From Thermodesulfobacteriota bacterium (GTDB lineage Bacteria; Desulfobacterota_D; UBA1144; Nemesobacterales; Mycalebacteriaceae), in assembly GCA_965205855.1 (NCBI GenBank), contig OZ242184.1:128001-192000 (forward strand): 64,000 nt of DNA, written 5' to 3'. The stretch's first letter is position 1. The number at the start of each line of letters is the position of its first letter. The notes under the pieces were generated by a model that was given only the letters and a program-made list of their open reading frames with translations, did not search any database and was not told the origin of the DNA. Below, one piece after another: positions 20,776-30,636 of this stretch. The position numbers and the translations under genes were made by a program.

Positions 20776-20985
20776 TATTGCGGAACGGATTTCCGTTCCG
20801 ATTTGGCGCTTCTTGTTCTTCACTCCTTATTAAGGAGCGAAGTCCGCTGTTTTCCCGGGCGATTAAGTGCCGGCACAGGTTGCTTGCGACCTTTGTGCGT
20901 CTTGCCGTCCGAAAACCGCTCCGGTAATTATGGAGTCTGAACTTATGTTCTGTTACTATAGTTGCGTACTCGAGTTGCGGACATC

Positions 20986-23900
20986 ATGAAAAACGATTTC
21001 GTTCACCTTCACCTTCATTCCCAATACTCTCTTCTGGATGGAGCGATAAAGTTTGATGATCTTGTCGGAAGGGTGAAAGAATTGAAAATGGGAGCGGTCG
21101 CAATTACCGACCACGGAAACCTGTTCGGAGCCCATGAGTTTTACAGCGAAGCGAAGAAAAACGGTATCAAACCGATAATCGGTTGCGAGATATATGTTAC
21201 TCCCACCTTAAAACTGGATAAACCCTCGGACGGGAAAAACTTTCACTTGACCGTTCTTTGCATGAATGAAACCGGATATACAAACCTTTCCAATCTGGTT
21301 ACCCGTGGCTATTTTGAGGGTCTTTACAGACGCCCCAGAGTTGACCACAAAATGCTTGATCAACACAATGAGGGGCTGATAGTTTTGAGCGGCTGCATGA
21401 GTAGCGAGCTTTCACAGGCAATTTTCAAAACCATCAGAACCCCTCCCGAAACGGTACTTTCAACCTACAAGGAGATTTTCGGCGACAGATACTACCTTGA
21501 GGTTCAGGCGACCGGGGTGAAGGAGCAGAACCGCATAAACAGCAAACTCAAACAACTTGGCGAGAAATTTGATGTTCCCCTTGTGGCCACAAACGACTGC
21601 CATTTTCTCCGCCGTTCCGACTCCGGACCGCATGATGTTCTTCTTTGCATACAGACGGGCAAAATGCTTGAAGACAAGACCAGAATGAGGTTTCAGGGAG
21701 ACGGATTTTATCTGAAAACAAGGGAGGAAATGGAGGAAACCCTGAAAGGGTTCGGAGACGCTCTGGACAGGACTGTTCAGATAGCGGACAGGTGCAATTT
21801 TGAGTTCAGGGACGAGGGATACCATTTCCCCAAATTTCACACTCCCTGCGGTGAGTCTTCCGAAGATTTTCTTCACAAACTTGCGGGGGAAAAACTCGGG
21901 AAAAGACTTTTGTCGCGCGGAATTTCCGGCGAGGTTGCCGAAGAATATCATAAGCGACTTACGTATGAACTCGGCGAAATCTGCAAGATGGGTTTTGCGG
22001 ATTACTTTCTTGTGGTTGCGGATTTTGTCGGATATGCAAAGGAAAATAACATTCCCGTGGGTCCGGGGCGCGGAAGCGCGGCCGGAAGCCTTGTTGCGTA
22101 TGCTTTGGCAATTACCGATGTGGACCCGATTGTCCACAAACTCATCTTTGAGCGTTTTCTCAATCCCGGTAGAATCTCAATGCCCGACATAGACATAGAT
22201 TTCTGCACCGAGGGACGGGACGAGGTCATAGAGTATGTGAGCAAAAAATACGGCGGGGATAATGTCGTTCAGATAGGCACTTTCGGAAAGCTGTCGTCAA
22301 AGGCGGTTGTGCGGGATGTTGGAAGGGTGATGGGGGTTCCATACGGAGAGGTGGACAAGGTTTCAAAAATGATACCTTCTTTTCGTGGCAAAGTTTACAG
22401 CATTGAAGAGTCTGTCAAAAAAAGCCCTGAATTGAAAAAACTCGTTGAGAGTTCGAATAAAGTGGCAAACCTGATTAAGGTGGCAAAACCTCTTGAAAAC
22501 ATGGTGCGCCACACCTCCACTCACGCTGCGGGAGTTGTAATAGGAAGCGGTAAAATTTCCGACCACATACCGCTTTACAAGGGTAGCAACGGGGAAACCG
22601 TAACCCAGTTTGACATGGGAGCCATTGAAAGCCTCGGCTACGTGAAATTTGATTTTCTCGGGCTTAAAACCCTGACCATTATCCAAAAGGCCATGCAACT
22701 CATAAAACAAAACTCAAACGGCTCCGTTCCAAATCTGGACATAGACCATATGCCCCTTGATGAAGAAGAAGTTTACAAACTTTTTACCGATGGAAACACT
22801 CACGGGCTTTTTCAAATAGAGTCTTCTTCCGGCATGGTTTCAATGCTCAGGAAACTTAAGCCAGAGAAATTTGAAGACATAGTTGCCTCTCTTGCCCTTT
22901 ACAGACCCGGCCCGCTGGACAGTGGTATGGTTGAGGAGTTCATAAAAAGAAAGCAGGGTAAAGCGCGTGTATCGTATACGCATCCGCTTCTCAAGGAGGT
23001 TCTCAAGGAGACTTACGGGCTGTTTGTATATCAGGAGCAAATAATGAGAACGGCAAGCGTTTGTGCGGATTACAGTCTCTCCGACGCGGATTTGATGAGG
23101 CGGGCGATGGGCAAGAAAAAACCCAAGGAGATGCGGGCGCAGAGGGAGAAATTTGTTTCTGGTGCGAGAAAGAAAGGCATATCCAAAAACAAAGCCGTTG
23201 AGCTGTTTGACATTATGGAGAATTTCGCCGGCTATTCTTTCAACAAAAGCCACAGCACGGCTTATGCGTTTGTCACATATCAGACGGCGTATCTGAAAGC
23301 CCACTATCCGGCGGAGTTTATGTCCGCTCTTATGACGGTTGATTCGACAAACAGTGACAAAATCATAGCCCACATAACCGAGTGCAAAAAAATGGGCGTC
23401 AAGGTTCTTCCGCCCGATGTCAACGAGAGTATGTCGGAATTCACACCGGTTGATTCAAAAACCATCAGATTCGGTCTCTACGCCTTGAAAAATATCGGAG
23501 AAGAGTTGGTTGGCACCATAATTGAGGCGCGCAAGAAAGACGCTTTTGAAAATCTGTTTGATTTCTGCGCGAGGGTTCAGTCCAAGCGACTCACAAAAAA
23601 GGTGTTTGAGATGCTTATAAAGAGCGGTTCTCTGGATTCGCTTGAAAACAACAGGGCAAAACTTCTGGAGTCTCTTGATGCTGTGGTTACTTATTCCATG
23701 CTTCATCAGTCTTCCGCGGCCGATGGGCAGGCCTCTCTCTTTTCTTCGTCCGATGAGGTTATACACAGGCCGTCTCTTCCGGCAACGGAGCCGTGGAGCA
23801 CTGAAAAGACCGCGGAATATGAGCTTGAGTCGCTGGGCCTGTTTGTTTCGAGCCATCCGATGACCAGATACTCAGAGCAGTTAAGGATGTTTAACTCTCA

Positions 23901-24438
23901 TACCGACACTTTGCTGTTTCAGCAGCTTCCCGACAAAAAGGAAGTTTCAATCGCCGGGGTTGTGCGCTCGCTTTCAATCAAGGCGACAAAATCCGGCTCC
24001 GGACTGTTCGGTAGGATTGTTCTTGAGGACCTCAATGGTTTGGTGGAATGCATTGTTTTTAATGACACAATAAGCAAAAGCCGCCAGTTGCTTGAGCAAA
24101 AAGTGGAGCCCGTGGTATTAACGGGAAACGTTGACGCCACAGACGACAAAAAGCAACTGAAGGTCAAAGATGTGATGTCAATTTCCGAATTTTCCGCAAG
24201 GGCGTCCCGCGTTACCATTTCAATTAAAGAGGAAGCCGCAAGAGCGGAGAATCTTGTGAAACTTGAAAATATTCTCAGGCAATACAGAGGCGAATCAAAG
24301 GTTAACATCAGTCTCGGTGTTGAGGGCAAAACGGTTTCCATAGAGGTTGGCAAATATGGCGTTGAGACCTCGCCCGATTTTGTCAGAGAAATTAAAGACC
24401 TTCTCGGGGACAAATCCCTTTCACTTGAGATTCATTAG
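20986..24438 (+). CDS. dnaE: DNA polymerase III subunit alpha
   Basis: FVHLHLHSQYSLLDG, GPGRGSAAGS, MPDIDIDF, KFDFLGL, YSFNKSHS. Start taken at MKNDF. Confidence 0.98.
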   Translation: MKNDFVHLHLHSQYSLLDGAIKFDDLVGRVKELKMGAVAITDHGNLFGAHEFYSEAKKNGIKPIIGCEIYVTPTLKLDKPSDGKNFHLTVLCMNETGYTNLSNLVTRGYFEGLYRRPRVDHKMLDQHNEGLIVLSGCMSSELSQAIFKTIRTPPETVLSTYKEIFGDRYYLEVQATGVKEQNRINSKLKQLGEKFDVPLVATNDCHFLRRSDSGPHDVLLCIQTGKMLEDKTRMRFQGDGFYLKTREEMEETLKGFGDALDRTVQIADRCNFEFRDEGYHFPKFHTPCGESSEDFLHKLAGEKLGKRLLSRGISGEVAEEYHKRLTYELGEICKMGFADYFLVVADFVGYAKENNIPVGPGRGSAAGSLVAYALAITDVDPIVHKLIFERFLNPGRISMPDIDIDFCTEGRDEVIEYVSKKYGGDNVVQIGTFGKLSSKAVVRDVGRVMGVPYGEVDKVSKMIPSFRGKVYSIEESVKKSPELKKLVESSNKVANLIKVAKPLENMVRHTSTHAAGVVIGSGKISDHIPLYKGSNGETVTQFDMGAIESLGYVKFDFLGLKTLTIIQKAMQLIKQNSNGSVPNLDIDHMPLDEEEVYKLFTDGNTHGLFQIESSSGMVSMLRKLKPEKFEDIVASLALYRPGPLDSGMVEEFIKRKQGKARVSYTHPLLKEVLKETYGLFVYQEQIMRTASVCADYSLSDADLMRRAMGKKKPKEMRAQREKFVSGARKKGISKNKAVELFDIMENFAGYSFNKSHSTAYAFVTYQTAYLKAHYPAEFMSALMTVDSTNSDKIIAHITECKKMGVKVLPPDVNESMSEFTPVDSKTIRFGLYALKNIGEELVGTIIEARKKDAFENLFDFCARVQSKRLTKKVFEMLIKSGSLDSLENNRAKLLESLDAVVTYSMLHQSSAADGQASLFSSSDEVIHRPSLPATEPWSTEKTAEYELESLGLFVSSHPMTRYSEQLRMFNSHTDTLLFQQLPDKKEVSIAGVVRSLSIKATKSGSGLFGRIVLEDLNGLVECIVFNDTISKSRQLLEQKVEPVVLTGNVDATDDKKQLKVKDVMSISEFSARASRVTISIKEEAARAENLVKLENILRQYRGESKVNISLGVEGKTVSIEVGKYGVETSPDFVREIKDLLGDKSLSLEIH

Positions 24439-24732
24439 CCCTTCTCGCGTGTTTTTAATCTTTTCTTTAAGTTTTTCCGGCTCCGCCGTTACGACAAAAA
24501 CCTCCTGAACCGAAGTTCCGCTTCTTGCAATCAGTTTTGCTCCCGTGGAAGTTGTGTATTGGAAACGGACGGCAAGAACTTCTCCCTTCGCTTTGCCAAC
24601 CCGAATCTGTCCCGGTGTGACGGATTTTATAAAATCAAGCGGCGAGATTTCTTTCTCAAGAAAATTTTTGAGCCCTTTTATCATTCCGTGCTGCTGTTTA
24701 ATTTTGTTTTTTCTGTGCCTGTGTGTGGGCAT
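24421..24732 (-). CDS. DUF2103-like putative metal-binding protein
   Basis: KIKQQHGMIKGL, VTPGQI, GAKLIARSGTSVQEVFVVT. Confidence 0.7.
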   Translation of the reverse strand: MPTHRHRKNKIKQQHGMIKGLKNFLEKEISPLDFIKSVTPGQIRVGKAKGEVLAVRFQYTTSTGAKLIARSGTSVQEVFVVTAEPEKLKEKIKNTREGLMNLK

Positions 24733-24753
24733 GTCAAACTCCCTTAATCCGTT

Positions 24754-27147
24754 TTAATCCGGCTGTGTCTTGCCGTTTTGCCTGAAAACCTCCGTTCTCG
24801 TAATCCTCTTTCCATCGGTAAAAACGGAAACCATCCCTTCGGTCTCCGTTTCGCGGATTTCAGCCTCCAGACCCGAACCTTCAAGATCCTTTCCGCAATT
24901 TGCGCAAACCACAATCTTCGGCCGTGCCGATTTGATTACGGCAAGCAGGGTCGCCCTGTTTTTCACATTGATTTCGGGCAGAAACACAACATCGCTCCTT
25001 AACTCCTCATTATACAGTTTTTCCATACCTTGTTTATAGGTGTTGTGGATAGATTCCATTAACAGAAATGAGGTTTTTCCACATACAACCTTGACCAGAA
25101 CTGGATTCGGGGTGCTTGAATTGTTGATTCCTAATTTTTCTTTTAATTGCAGGAATTTAATTTGCACAAAGCCATTTTCTCCGATGTTCTGAACAGGTGC
25201 GGAACGGTAGAGTTTTTTCCATGTTACTCCTCTTTTTTCAATAGTTTTCCACAATCTGTTGTTGAGTTTCGGGCTGTTTATCCACAAGTTTTCCACACCG
25301 TTTTTTTCAATAAGAGCCGCCGCGCCGTTAAGCTGGCTTCTGTCGTTTGAAAGCAGGATAAGAAGATCGGTTTTCGCAATGCGTTTTCTCAGCAAAACCG
25401 GAGAGACAACCGCTTTTTCTATAAAATCCGAACGCGCCTTTTTTGAGAAGCCTCCTTTTATCAGAACGGTTTTTCCGTCCTGAAAAATGAACAAGGCGAT
25501 ATTCTTCCTTCCGGCGTCAAAGAAGGATGCCTCGGTCTCCTTTCCGCCGACGGGGCGGATGTCATACAAAACGCTCCCCGTAAGACAAACGGCGAGGAAC
25601 GCGGCCGCGTAGATGGTTTTCCTTCCGAACTTTACAAGAAGAACGGACCCCACGAACATATAGAAAAGGGCAAATGTCCACTTGCCAAGCGCGGGAAAGG
25701 CGACCGCCGGCTTTATTGAAGCCAAAATTTCCGCGATTCCCGAAAGAAGCAAGGCGAGTACGAAAAGGGTTTCAAGTAAAAAATCCGGCACAAAACCGAG
25801 CGCGGCAAAAACCGCCACTGAAAAAAAGCAAAGCGGCACCATCAAAAGAGCGAGCGGCATAGCGATGATGTTTGCCGGTAAGGTCAGAACGGGAAGAAGT
25901 CCGAACATGTTTATAACAAACGGCAGGGTCGCGATTGTGGCTGCGACCGTTGTCAATGCAATGGCTAAAATCGCCTCGGAGATTTTTCGTATCAGCGTTT
26001 TTTCGCGGGCGGGGTTATTCTCCGTCTCATCTCCGCCCCGAAAATTCAACGCTAGGAGTATTCCAAGCACTGCCGTAAACGACAGGATGAATGACGCTTC
26101 AAAAAGCGCTTTCGGAGTCACAAGAAGGATTATTATTGCCGCTGCGGCAAGGGAGTTGAGTCTGTCGTTCTTTCTTCCAGCAATAAACGCGATTAGGTAT
26201 GCCGACGCCATAATTGCCGCCCGAACCGCCGAATTGCTCATTCCCGTAAGCATACAATAGAGAAACACTGCAGGTATGGTTGCTGCAGCGGCAATTCTTG
26301 GCACAACAAACGCAACCATAAGGTATTCCGACCTTTTTAGCAGCCACTTTACCGACATATAGAAAAACACCGCCGCGACTCCCACATGAAGCCCGGAGAT
26401 TGCAAACAGATGACCTATTCCAAGCATCGTGAAATCTCTTTTTCTCTCGTCCGGAATGGCGCTTTTTTCCCCTATTGAGAGGGAGTTGACAATCTCGGCT
26501 TCAAGTGTCCCGAGGTTTTTCCTTATAAAAACCGCATAGTCTCTGCGCAAGCCGTTTACAAGGCGTAAAATCGGATTGCCTCCGCGTTTTCCGCCGGTGG
26601 CTTTGATGTTGTCGCTATCTGCGTAAGCGGTGAAAAACACATTTTTTGCCACGAGACTTTCCATATATCCTCCGGCGCCGGGATTTTTGAACTCCTTTAC
26701 GGGTTTCGGGGTCAGCCGCATTTCCACACGGTCGCCGTATGCGAGGTTTTCCATTCCGTTTGAATAGACGATGATTTTGCCGTCCGCATCGATTGTTTTG
26801 CCAGCGAGGGTCAGGGTTTCAACCTTGAGCGGGATTTTTACATTGCCGGGTCTTTTTTGTGCGTTTTTATAAACCCACCCCGCCATAGAAACCTTTTGTC
26901 CTGCGGCTCCGGAAAGAGCCGGGTCCGGACTGCTGTGTTGAAAAAACGGAACTGTAGTTCCTGCCGTGAAAAAAATGACAAAAACCGCGATTGCGCGCCT
27001 CGCGATTGCAAGTGCGATAAACGGCGCAACAATCGCCCCTGTGTAATAAACGGAAGGAACATGCCCTGCGGTGATTATTCCAAAAATCAGCAAAACCGCA
27101 CACACAACAATCCTGTGTCTTGAGAGCAGTGTTGAAAGGTGGAGCAT
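24754..27147 (-). CDS. comEC: ComEC/Rec2 competence protein
   Basis: OB-like NPG region, HLFAISGLHVG, SAVRAAIM, SFILSFTAV, many TM helices, degenerate C-terminal MBL domain. Confidence 0.9.
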   Translation of the reverse strand: MLHLSTLLSRHRIVVCAVLLIFGIITAGHVPSVYYTGAIVAPFIALAIARRAIAVFVIFFTAGTTVPFFQHSSPDPALSGAAGQKVSMAGWVYKNAQKRPGNVKIPLKVETLTLAGKTIDADGKIIVYSNGMENLAYGDRVEMRLTPKPVKEFKNPGAGGYMESLVAKNVFFTAYADSDNIKATGGKRGGNPILRLVNGLRRDYAVFIRKNLGTLEAEIVNSLSIGEKSAIPDERKRDFTMLGIGHLFAISGLHVGVAAVFFYMSVKWLLKRSEYLMVAFVVPRIAAAATIPAVFLYCMLTGMSNSAVRAAIMASAYLIAFIAGRKNDRLNSLAAAAIIILLVTPKALFEASFILSFTAVLGILLALNFRGGDETENNPAREKTLIRKISEAILAIALTTVAATIATLPFVINMFGLLPVLTLPANIIAMPLALLMVPLCFFSVAVFAALGFVPDFLLETLFVLALLLSGIAEILASIKPAVAFPALGKWTFALFYMFVGSVLLVKFGRKTIYAAAFLAVCLTGSVLYDIRPVGGKETEASFFDAGRKNIALFIFQDGKTVLIKGGFSKKARSDFIEKAVVSPVLLRKRIAKTDLLILLSNDRSQLNGAAALIEKNGVENLWINSPKLNNRLWKTIEKRGVTWKKLYRSAPVQNIGENGFVQIKFLQLKEKLGINNSSTPNPVLVKVVCGKTSFLLMESIHNTYKQGMEKLYNEELRSDVVFLPEINVKNRATLLAVIKSARPKIVVCANCGKDLEGSGLEAEIRETETEGMVSVFTDGKRITRTEVFRQNGKTQPD

Positions 27148-27635
27148 CAGGTCTGTTTTTCTTCAATCAGGCAAACCGCTTTTGCTGCTATTCCCTCGCC
27201 TCTGCCCGTAAAACCCATCTTTTCAGTGGTTGTGGCTTTGATGTTGACCGCGTTTTCTTCTATGCCGAGGTTTTCCGATATTTTCTCTTTCATCGCTTCG
27301 GTATAACGGGAAACAGCCGGTTTTTCACAAATAACAACGCAGTCCACATTGACAATTTCAAATCCCGCGTCCGAAATTTTTTCCCGTGTCCGGTCGAGAA
27401 AAAAAGCTCCCGAAGCATTTTCATACGCGGGGTCGGAGTCCGGAAAATGCGACCCTATGTCTCCCATTGCCGCCGCGCCCAGAAGGGAATCGCATATCGC
27501 ATGGGCGAGCACATCGGCGTCCGAGTGGCCTTCAAGGCCTTTCTCAAAGGGAATTTCCAGGCATCCGAGAAAAAGTTTTCGGTTTTCAGCAAACCTGTGC
27601 GCGTCAAACCCGATGCCGACACTTATTCGTTTCAT
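27147..27635 (-). CDS. ispF: 2-C-methyl-D-erythritol 2,4-cyclodiphosphate synthase
   Basis: GIGFDAH, GHSDADVLAHA, GDIGSHFPD, KATTTEKMGFTGRGEGIA. Confidence 0.97.
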   Translation of the reverse strand: MKRISVGIGFDAHRFAENRKLFLGCLEIPFEKGLEGHSDADVLAHAICDSLLGAAAMGDIGSHFPDSDPAYENASGAFFLDRTREKISDAGFEIVNVDCVVICEKPAVSRYTEAMKEKISENLGIEENAVNIKATTTEKMGFTGRGEGIAAKAVCLIEEKQT

Positions 27636-27651
27636 TGGAATGGCAAACTCC

Positions 27652-28377
27652 TTAAATTCTCCATGCTTCGGCTAGCGCTTTGGCGATAAGAAAATCCTCT
27701 TCGGTTGTGATTTTCATATTGCGTCTCGCGCCCGGAATTACAATAACATCATGCCCCGCCGCTTCAAAAAGCGCCGCCTCATCGTTCACATCAGCCGGAT
27801 TGCCGGAGAAATTTTTATACGCGCATGCAAGCGGTTTTTTTTGAAACACCTGAGGGGTTTGTGCCCTCCAAATCCCGTCGCGGGAAATGGTCTCTTTCAA
27901 AAGTTTGCCGCTTTCCGAATATGCGGCGGTTTTTTTTATGGAATCATCAAGCGGAATTGCGGTAGTTGCCGCCCCGAAGCGGTTTGCGACTCGGATACAC
28001 GAATTTACTATGTGGTTGTCCACAAAGGGTCTTGCCGCGTCATGGAACAAAACCAGATGCGCGTCTTCTCCGGTTTCTTTAAAACCCATACGGGCGGATT
28101 CAAAACGGTTTTTGCCGCCCGCGATGATTTTTGTCTTGGAAATGCCGAATGTATCCGCAATCTCAACAGCCCTGTCTGTCTGTCCTGCGGGAGCGGCGAT
28201 GATGATTTCACTTATCTGCGGGTTTTTCTCAAATACTTTGAGACAGTGGGCGAGCAAAGGTATTCCCGCAAGGTTGCGAAACTGTTTCGGCTGTTTTTCT
28301 TTTTCGGCCCCCGCGCGTTTTCCCTCTCCGGCGGCGAGAACAACGGCAGAGGTATTTGTTTTTTCAAATTCGGACAT
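27652..28377 (-). CDS. ispD: 2-C-methyl-D-erythritol 4-phosphate cytidylyltransferase
   Basis: LAAGEGKR, PKQF, HDAARPF, AQTPQVF, NMKITT. Confidence 0.95.
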   Translation of the reverse strand: MSEFEKTNTSAVVLAAGEGKRAGAEKEKQPKQFRNLAGIPLLAHCLKVFEKNPQISEIIIAAPAGQTDRAVEIADTFGISKTKIIAGGKNRFESARMGFKETGEDAHLVLFHDAARPFVDNHIVNSCIRVANRFGAATTAIPLDDSIKKTAAYSESGKLLKETISRDGIWRAQTPQVFQKKPLACAYKNFSGNPADVNDEAALFEAAGHDVIVIPGARRNMKITTEEDFLIAKALAEAWRI

Positions 28378-28383
28378 TAAAAA

Positions 28384-28412
28384 ATGCTATCTCCCGATTG
28401 GGGTTCGGGCAA
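28384..28412 (-). promoter_or_regulatory. sigma70-type promoter, leaderless
   Basis: Minus strand TTGCCC-N17-TAGCAT, 6 nt before the ispD ATG. Confidence 0.5.
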
Positions 28413-28603
28413 GTTTGAGACTCTTGGTTGTTGAGTTTTTTTCAATCGTCTTTCGTGAGACTGCGTATTCCGCAGTTGATTTACGTCTGATAAAAAGGTT
28501 GCTATTAGCAAAATCAGAGTTGGATGTTTAACGTATCTCAAAAAACACCTTGAAACAGCAAGCGTAAATAATCATAATAGGCAGGTTCGCGGGAGCTTTA
28601 TAT

Positions 28604-29347
28604 TTGAAGGTCCAAACCCTTGCCAGCGGCAGTTCGGGAAACTGCACTTTTATAGACAGCGGAAACTCAAGGATACTTGTTGACGCCGGTATGAGTGCGA
28701 AAAAACTTTGCCGCGCACTGGGTTCAATCGGAGTGAGTATGGATGACATAGATGCCGTTGTCGTAAGCCATGAGCACTCCGATCATTCAAAAGCGATAAC
28801 GGCCATACCCGTTCCCATCTATATTTCATCGGCGACAAGGCATTTGTGGCACGGCAAGGTTGATTCACTTTGTGAGTTTCAAACCGGAAACGGTTTTGAA
28901 GTGGGAGATATGAGAGTAACCGCTTTTCCCGTTCCCCATGACGCGCTTGATCCGGTTGGTTTTACAGTTGAAAGCGACGGCAAAAAGGTTGGAATTGCCA
29001 CAGATGTCGGGTCGGCGAACGGAGTTGTTTCGGACGGGCTTCGGGGTTGCGATATGCTTATAATAGAGTCCAACCATGATGAGGGACAGCTTCTGTCTGG
29101 CAAATATCCGTGGGAGCTCAAACAGAGGGTTGGCGGACGGTTCGGGCATCTTTCAAACCGCCAGTGCTACAACCTTCTCGGCAGCATCGCTCACGCCAAA
29201 CTGCGGTTTGTTGTGCTTGCCCACCTAAGCGAACGCAACAATGTTCCTCAACTCGCCCTTGAGTCCGCGCGGGAAGCCGTGGAAGAGTTTTCGGCTTCGG
29301 TGTATATTGCCCCCAGAAACAATCCCGGAGAGGTGTTTGTGCTTTGA
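28604..29347 (+). CDS. MBL-fold metallo-hydrolase (YycJ/WalJ-like)
   Basis: LASGSSGN, SHEHSDH, PHDA, ESNHD, YPWELKQR, GHLSN, HLSERNN; TTGAAA-N17-CATAAT upstream. Confidence 0.9.
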   Translation: MKVQTLASGSSGNCTFIDSGNSRILVDAGMSAKKLCRALGSIGVSMDDIDAVVVSHEHSDHSKAITAIPVPIYISSATRHLWHGKVDSLCEFQTGNGFEVGDMRVTAFPVPHDALDPVGFTVESDGKKVGIATDVGSANGVVSDGLRGCDMLIIESNHDEGQLLSGKYPWELKQRVGGRFGHLSNRQCYNLLGSIAHAKLRFVVLAHLSERNNVPQLALESAREAVEEFSASVYIAPRNNPGEVFVL

Positions 29348-30636
29348 TTTCAAGATACGGCAGAAAAGAAATGATGGAAATCTGGAGCGATGAAACAAAA
29401 TACTCCAAATGGCTTGAGGTTGAGCTTGCGGTTTGTCGCGCGTGGTGCAAAGCAGGAAAGATTCCCGAGCGAGCCCTTACGGACATTGAAAAAAAAGCCG
29501 CATTTGACACAAAAAGAATCACCGAACTTGAAAAAGAGCTGAAGCATGATGTGCTAGCGTTTCTTACCTCGGTTGCCGAAAATGTCGGTGAAAATTCAAG
29601 ATACATACATATGGGCATAACCTCGTCTGATGTTCTGGACACCGCTTTCGCCCTTCAGCTTAAAAGCGCCGCGCAAATTCTGCTCAAAGACATAAAAGCG
29701 GTGATGAAGGTTTTGAAAAAAAGGGCGCTTGAGCATAAAACAACCCCGATGATAGGAAGATCTCACGGAATTCACGCCGAGCCCAAAACGCTAGGTCTTG
29801 TTTTTGCACTCTGGTATGACGAAATGGCGAGAAACCTTGACAGAATGATCCGCGCGGCCGAACTTGTGAGCGTGGGAATGATGTCCGGTCCGGTCGGCAC
29901 ATACGCGAGCGTGCCTCCGGAGATTGAGAAAAACGCCTGTGGAGAACTGGGGTTGAAACCCGCTTCCATATCCACTCAGATAATCCACCGCGACATACAC
30001 GCGGAGTATTTTCTGTGTCTTTCCCTGATTGCCGCAGGCATTGAAAGAATAGCGACCGAGATAAGACATTTTCAAAGAACCGAAGTTCTTGAGATGGAAG
30101 AGCCGTTCGGAAGCGGTCAAAAAGGGTCTTCCGCCATGCCTCACAAGAAAAATCCGGTTTTGTCGGAAAACCTTTGCGGTCTCGCGAGGATTGTCAGGTC
30201 ACACTCCGTTCCGGCTCTTGAAAACATAACTCTCTGGCACGAAAGGGACATAAGCCACTCCTCTGTTGAGAGGATAATTGCCCCGGACGGCGCGATACTG
30301 ACCGACTTTATGCTCGCACGCCTGAAATTTCTTCTTGAAGGCCTTGTCATACACAAAGACAGACTCGCAGAGAACATGGATTTGACGAAGGGACTTGTTT
30401 TTTCGCAGAAGGTTCTGTTGAAGATTATTGAAAAGGGAGTGTCGCGCGAGGATGCATACGACATAGTTCAGAGAAACGCGATGAAATGCTGGGAAACAAA
30501 AACCGGTTTTTGCGACGTACTCAAAAAAGACAAGCAGCTGTCGCGTTTTCTCTCGGCGGAGGATATTGACGGCTGTTTTGATATTTCGGGGGATTTTCAA
30601 TATGTTGAGGCGATTTTCAAGCGCGTTTTTAAATAA
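29344..30636 (+). CDS. purB: adenylosuccinate lyase
   Basis: TSSDVLDTA, GRSHGIHAEP, GSSAMPHKKNP, LWHERDISHSSVER. Confidence 0.97.
   Translation: MISRYGRKEMMEIWSDETKYSKWLEVELAVCRAWCKAGKIPERALTDIEKKAAFDTKRITELEKELKHDVLAFLTSVAENVGENSRYIHMGITSSDVLDTAFALQLKSAAQILLKDIKAVMKVLKKRALEHKTTPMIGRSHGIHAEPKTLGLVFALWYDEMARNLDRMIRAAELVSVGMMSGPVGTYASVPPEIEKNACGELGLKPASISTQIIHRDIHAEYFLCLSLIAAGIERIATEIRHFQRTEVLEMEEPFGSGQKGSSAMPHKKNPVLSENLCGLARIVRSHSVPALENITLWHERDISHSSVERIIAPDGAILTDFMLARLKFLLEGLVIHKDRLAENMDLTKGLVFSQKVLLKIIEKGVSREDAYDIVQRNAMKCWETKTGFCDVLKKDKQLSRFLSAEDIDGCFDISGDFQYVEAIFKRVFK

Noticed and set aside
20986-24438. Inteins in dnaE (also checked in dnaB and nrdJ)
   Set aside because: Normal protein lengths and continuous motifs; no intein splice or homing-endonuclease signatures.
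28505-28531. CIRCE-like TTAGCAAAA-N9-GATGTTTAA
   Set aside because: Too many mismatches and not upstream of a heat-shock gene.
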